DNA from: Thermodesulfobacteriota bacterium
GTDB taxonomy: Bacteria; Desulfobacterota_D; UBA1144; Nemesobacterales; N074bin48
Direction: 5' to 3'
NCBI GenBank assembly: GCA_041572575.1
Contig: JBFFSH010000076.1
Location: 1-12,633, forward strand
Length of the DNA stretch: 12,633 nucleotides
The notes beneath the pieces are model-generated. The model was given only the letters and a program-made list of their open reading frames with translations, ran no database searches and was not told where the DNA came from. This document shows positions 8,799 to 12,633 of this stretch, in pieces. The translations under genes were made by a program, and so were the position numbers. Position 1 is the stretch's first letter. Each line of letters begins with the position of its first letter.

Positions 8799-8846
8799 AT
8801 GTCATAAATTGTATATAATTACTAGAGAACATACTACAAATGGTAT
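8799..8846. promoter_or_regulatory. Tandem NrdR-box-like 16-mers
   Basis: ATGTCATAAATTGTAT (8799-8814) and ATACTACAAATGGTAT (8831-8846) start 32 bp apart and are 11/16 identical. The second matches the consensus acaCwAtATaTwGtgt at 11/16. The AT-rich context weakens the call. Confidence 0.3.
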
Positions 8847-8881
8847 TTAAATTCATTTCATCTGTTATTGATTAATTACAA

Positions 8882-8909
8882 TTGATTCATATTCTATATG
8901 GTATAGAAT
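8882..8909 (+). promoter_or_regulatory. Candidate sigma70 promoter for HAD-uvrA, overlapped by a palindrome
   Basis: TTGATT (8882-8887), 16 nt, TAGAAT (8904-8909). The inverted repeat ATTCTATA-TGG-TATAGAAT (8891-8909) covers the spacer and the -10. Confidence 0.45.
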
Positions 8910-8943
8910 CAGCTTTTTAACAAGTTACGGCAGGAATATAAAT

Positions 8944-9642
8944 TTGATAAAGAATACAAAAAAAGCGATATTTTTTGATTTTGGAGACACACTCGCCTCT
9001 ACCGATCCGCCATATATTTTCAGGATAGCAAGTGGGTTTAGAAGAGCCGGCTATGATATTTCAGATATTGACTTTGAGCACGCCTATCTTAGGGCAGACT
9101 TTGAGATATTTAAAACACATCAATCCCAGGGCAGTATGAATTCGTCTCAATACAATAGTTTGTTTTTCCCTCTGCTCTGCAAGGCGCTGGATATTAAAGA
9201 AGACCCGGATGATGTCAGAGCAAATATCAGAAAAAATACTACTCCAAGAAGGTTTTACAGAAATGCCCTTCCAGGCACACAAAAACTTCTTAATTACCTA
9301 AAGCAAAAAGGATATATACTTGGAATCATTTCCAATAATGACGGCTATACTAACAAAAAGTGCAAGGACGTGGATATTCACAGATTTTTTGATATCATCG
9401 CAGATTCTACAAACATTGGATATGTAAAGCCCGATCCCAGAATTTTTCATCATGTTTTAGATGAATTGGGCTTAGACCCTGAGGACTGCCTTCATGTGGG
9501 TGACCTCTATGGAGCAGACGTATTGGGTGCAAAAAATGCTGGCATTGAGGTAGTATGGCTGAATTACCGCGGCATTAATATTATGAATGACACAGAGACC
9601 GTTCAGATTAAAGAGCTTACTGAGCTTATTGAATTGCTCTGA
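8944..9642 (+). CDS. HAD-superfamily hydrolase, subfamily IA
   Basis: Motif I FFDFGDTL, motif II GIISN, motif III KPDPRIF, motif IV HVGDLYGADVLGA. TTG start with AGGA upstream. Confidence 0.92.
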   Translation: MIKNTKKAIFFDFGDTLASTDPPYIFRIASGFRRAGYDISDIDFEHAYLRADFEIFKTHQSQGSMNSSQYNSLFFPLLCKALDIKEDPDDVRANIRKNTTPRRFYRNALPGTQKLLNYLKQKGYILGIISNNDGYTNKKCKDVDIHRFFDIIADSTNIGYVKPDPRIFHHVLDELGLDPEDCLHVGDLYGADVLGAKNAGIEVVWLNYRGINIMNDTETVQIKELTELIELL

Positions 9643-9690
9643 TAACAGCACGATATAATATAAGTAATATTACAAAGAATAACGAAAAAA

Positions 9691-12426
9691 TTGGAAAAGT
9701 TTATTCATGTAAAAGGGGCAAGGCTAAATAACCTAAAAAACATAGATGTAAATATCCCCCTTCACAAATTCACTGTTGTCACGGGTCTTAGCGGTTCAGG
9801 CAAATCCTCCCTTGCTCTGGATACAATATATACCGAGGGACTTAGAAGATACATAGAGAGCCTTTCCACCTATGCAAGGCAGTTTCTAGACCGGGTTGAA
9901 AAACCTGATATCGATGAAATAAAAGGCATCCCGCCGGCAATTGCAGTAGAGTCAAGAAATTCTATAAAAAACTCCCGTTCCACTGTGGGAACAATAACTG
10001 AGATATACGACTACTTACGCCTGCTTTTTGCAAAAGTGGGCCGTCTCATCTGTCCGAACTGCCGTATTGAAGTCAAAAAACACTCTCCTCAAAGCATTGC
10101 TGAATTTGTATTAAAAGATTTTTGTGAGCAGGTGTTAATCATTACAATTAAAACTACAATAGATGACCGAATGAACCCCGATATTCCACTTTCAAAAGGA
10201 TTTACAAAAATACTCAGGGACGGGCACATTCATGATATTGAAGAGCTTGATGGACTTACCGATAAAGATGAAATAGTGGTTGATAGATTAAGGGTAAATG
10301 AAGATAATAAATCAAGGCTTATAGACTCTACCGAATCTGGGTTTATTCAATCTAATGAACTTATATTTAACATTGGCAAAGACAGTATATTCAGATTTAC
10401 AAAAAAGCTTCAGTGCCCAAAATGCACAAAAGAGTTTTCAGAACCAACTCCTCAAATGTTTTCATTTAACAGCCCCTCCGGAGCATGCAGAGAGTGCAGC
10501 GGATTTGGCAATACGCTCGATCTCGATCCCGATCTTGTAGTACCAGACCCGGACAAAAGCTTATATGAAGGTGCAATCGAACCCTTTACAAAACCCTCGC
10601 TCGATCATGCAAGAACAAGGCTTATGCACTTTGCAAAAAAATCGGGAATAAATACGAATGTTCCATATAAAGACTTATCGGATGAGCAAAAGGAACTTAT
10701 CTTTAGCGGTGGAGAAGGTTACAGGGGAGTTAGGGGATACTTTAAGAGACTGGAAGGTAAAAACTATAAGCTGCATGTAAGAGTTTTCCTGAGTAAATAC
10801 AGATCGGCTTATACTTGCAGCGTGTGCCATGGCACAAGGATAGTGCCCGAGGCTCTTTGGTTTAAGATCGGTGGGAAAAATATATCCGAGATTTCCGGTA
10901 TGCCTGCAGATGAGCTGGCCACTTTTATTAATAAGCTCAAACTCTCAGATTATGAATCGGAAATTGCATCTGAGATACTAAAACAGATTAAATCCAGAGT
11001 GGGATTTCTGCTAAAAGTCGGGCTTGATTATTTAACTCTATCTCGGCTGGCAAAGACTCTTTCCGGTGGTGAAGCACAGAGGGTGAATCTTTCCTGTCAG
11101 CTAGGTGGAGGGCTTACAGAAACTCTTTATATACTAGATGAACCCTCAATCGGTCTTCATCAAAGAGATATCGACCAGCTGATTGCAATCATAAAGGAAC
11201 TCACACAAAGAAATAACACCGTGATCCTTGTAGAACATGATATGGATATGATAAGAGCCTCAAACTATATTGTCGAGCTTGGCCCCAAATCAGGCGAACA
11301 TGGAGGGCAGCTTGTATTTGAAGGAAGCAAATCCAAATTTACAAAGAATTCATTTGAGTCCATAACCAAATCATACTATCTTGGTGAAAAAGAGATTGAG
11401 GTTCCAAAAAAAAGAAGAAAGGGAAATGGTAAATATATAACTATTTATGGTGCAAAGGAAAACAATTTAAAAAGTATCGATGTGTCATTTCCTCTGGGCA
11501 CATTTATCTGTGTTACCGGCGTTTCCGGCTCAGGAAAGAGTTCTTTACTTAATGACATCTTATACTCAGCCCTTGCAAGAAAATTTAATTCAGACATTGA
11601 GAGGGTTGGGAATTATAAATCTATTAAAGGAACAGAGCATATATCAAATATTTACCTGCTAGACCAAAAACCCATTGGGAAGAGCTCACGTTCCAACCCT
11701 GCAACATATCTAAAAATTTATGATGATATAAGAAAAATTTTTGCCGACACCTGGACTGCCCGGTCTAAGGGGCTTAAACCATCCCACTTTTCCTTTAATG
11801 TACAAGGTGGCAGATGTGATAAATGTGAGGGCGAGGGGCAGGAAACCGTGGAGATGCTTTTTTTGGCTGACGTACATATAACATGTGAGGAGTGTAAAGG
11901 TAAAAGGTTTAAAGATGAGGTACTAAGCATACAATACAAAAAGAAAAATATTGATGAGGTATTACAGCTAACTATAGATCAAGCAGTATCGTTTTTTCGA
12001 GAAACGCCAAAGATAGTTCAAAAACTAAATGTTTTGTCTGATGTAGGACTTGGATACTTGCGGCTTGGTCAGTCCTCTGCAACACTTTCAGGAGGTGAGG
12101 CGCAGAGGATAAAAATAGCAAAGGAGCTTTCAGGTAAGAAAGGTAAGGATATTCTCTATATATTAGACGAACCCACTGTCGGTCTTCATATTGATGATAT
12201 AAACCGACTTCTTAAAGTTCTCAATAAACTTGTTGACTCCGGGAATACTGTAATTCTTATAGAGCACAACTTAGACGTAATAAAATCAGCTGACCATATA
12301 ATAGATCTTGGGCCAGAGGGCGGGCAAAGCGGTGGAAATATTGTTGCTTGTGGAACTCCGGAGCAAATCACAGCCATCGATAAATCTTATACCGGCAAGT
12401 ATTTAAAACCTCTGTTGTCGAATTAA
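9691..12426 (+). CDS. uvrA: Excinuclease ABC subunit UvrA (possibly a divergent paralogue)
   Basis: Two Walker A motifs (GLSGSGKS, GVSGSGKS), two LSGGEAQR signatures, DEPSIGLH and DEPTVGLH Walker B regions, YIESLSTYARQFL, and several CxxC zinc modules. TTG start. Confidence 0.95.
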   Translation: MEKFIHVKGARLNNLKNIDVNIPLHKFTVVTGLSGSGKSSLALDTIYTEGLRRYIESLSTYARQFLDRVEKPDIDEIKGIPPAIAVESRNSIKNSRSTVGTITEIYDYLRLLFAKVGRLICPNCRIEVKKHSPQSIAEFVLKDFCEQVLIITIKTTIDDRMNPDIPLSKGFTKILRDGHIHDIEELDGLTDKDEIVVDRLRVNEDNKSRLIDSTESGFIQSNELIFNIGKDSIFRFTKKLQCPKCTKEFSEPTPQMFSFNSPSGACRECSGFGNTLDLDPDLVVPDPDKSLYEGAIEPFTKPSLDHARTRLMHFAKKSGINTNVPYKDLSDEQKELIFSGGEGYRGVRGYFKRLEGKNYKLHVRVFLSKYRSAYTCSVCHGTRIVPEALWFKIGGKNISEISGMPADELATFINKLKLSDYESEIASEILKQIKSRVGFLLKVGLDYLTLSRLAKTLSGGEAQRVNLSCQLGGGLTETLYILDEPSIGLHQRDIDQLIAIIKELTQRNNTVILVEHDMDMIRASNYIVELGPKSGEHGGQLVFEGSKSKFTKNSFESITKSYYLGEKEIEVPKKRRKGNGKYITIYGAKENNLKSIDVSFPLGTFICVTGVSGSGKSSLLNDILYSALARKFNSDIERVGNYKSIKGTEHISNIYLLDQKPIGKSSRSNPATYLKIYDDIRKIFADTWTARSKGLKPSHFSFNVQGGRCDKCEGEGQETVEMLFLADVHITCEECKGKRFKDEVLSIQYKKKNIDEVLQLTIDQAVSFFRETPKIVQKLNVLSDVGLGYLRLGQSSATLSGGEAQRIKIAKELSGKKGKDILYILDEPTVGLHIDDINRLLKVLNKLVDSGNTVILIEHNLDVIKSADHIIDLGPEGGQSGGNIVACGTPEQITAIDKSYTGKYLKPLLSN

Positions 12427-12427
12427 C

Positions 12428-12473
12428 TTTAGATAATATTATTTTTTCGAATAATATTTTGATCATATCTAAA
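12428..12473. other. AT-rich inverted repeat after the uvrA stop (possible weak terminator or 3' hairpin)
   Basis: AATATTATT (12435-12443) pairs with AATAATATT (12450-12458), and TTTAGAT (12428-12434) pairs with ATCTAAA (12467-12473). Almost no GC pairs. Confidence 0.3.
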
Positions 12474-12493
12474 AAATCCCCTTGTATTTTTTA

Positions 12494-12633
12494 TGACCTT
12501 CACCCTGCAAACTGAACCAGGTAAAAGTAGAGAAATCTGGCAAAATAATGCAATAAATCAGGAGGTATTTTGCCATGAGGAAGTCAAGATTTACAGAACA
12601 ACAGATAGCATTCGCTTTAAAGCAGGCAGAGAC
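12494..12633 (+). mobile_element. IS3-family (IS407 group-like) insertion sequence, left end; element runs off the window end
   Basis: Terminus TGACCTTCACCCTGCAAACTGAACCAG at 12494, then an AGGAGGT RBS at 12560-12566 and an OrfA start. Confidence 0.9.
12575..12633 (+). CDS. IS3-family transposase OrfA, N-terminal fragment (partial)
   Basis: ATG 12575 gives MRKSRFTEQQIAFALKQAE, a characteristic IS407-type OrfA N-terminus. Confidence 0.92.
   Translation, partial: MRKSRFTEQQIAFALKQAE

Noticed and set aside
8734..8943. Riboswitch upstream of glyA, and the TTG start at 8751
   Set aside because: The region is very AT-rich with no GC-rich stems, and the predicted leader is only about 25 nt. The TTG overlaps the GGAGG RBS.
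9643..9690. LexA/SOS box directly upstream of uvrA
   Set aside because: No match to CTGT-N8-ACAG, GAAC-N4-GTTC or GTTC-N7-GTTC.
7520..12377. Short ORFs 7520-7804, 8359-8595, 9061-9282, 10355-10540, 11480-11662, 11718-11939 and 12186-12377
   Set aside because: Shadow or alternate-frame ORFs inside glyA, the HAD gene and uvrA.
1..12633. Composite transposon formed by the two inverted IS3 elements
   Set aside because: The two elements are different (8/20 OrfA identity) and the cargo is core housekeeping genes. Assembly breaks at independent IS copies are the simpler explanation.
1..12633. CRISPR array, tRNA/rRNA or long nucleotide-level tandem repeats
   Set aside because: Intergenic gaps are all about 200 nt or shorter and show no repeat-spacer periodicity or cloverleaf. 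The repeats in 315-686 are only evident at protein level.

Overview
AT-rich bacterial chromosomal segment, mostly housekeeping genes, bounded at both ends by the left ends of two different, outward-pointing IS3-family (IS407-like) insertion sequences that the ORF track misses. The window is probably a contig broken at IS repeats. From left to right: an IS3 end with a partial orfA (1-141, -); a surface protein with Pmp-like repeats, a choice-of-anchor Q domain and an IPTL-CTERM tail, apparently 5'-truncated by that IS; a bidirectional terminator; a BBE-type FAD oxidoreductase split by one extra base; the sirtuin cobB; a - strand cluster glyA-nrdR-tatD-pdxA-cstA; a divergent promoter region with candidate operators; a HAD hydrolase; a divergent uvrA; and a second IS3 end with a partial orfA (12494-12633, +). 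I see no RNA genes or CRISPR array, and no convincing new multi-gene system. The best leads are the IS-disrupted surface protein with Cys-looped repeats, the frameshifted oxidase, and a tandem NrdR-box-like pair upstream of glyA-nrdR. All family assignments come from motif recognition by eye, not database searches.
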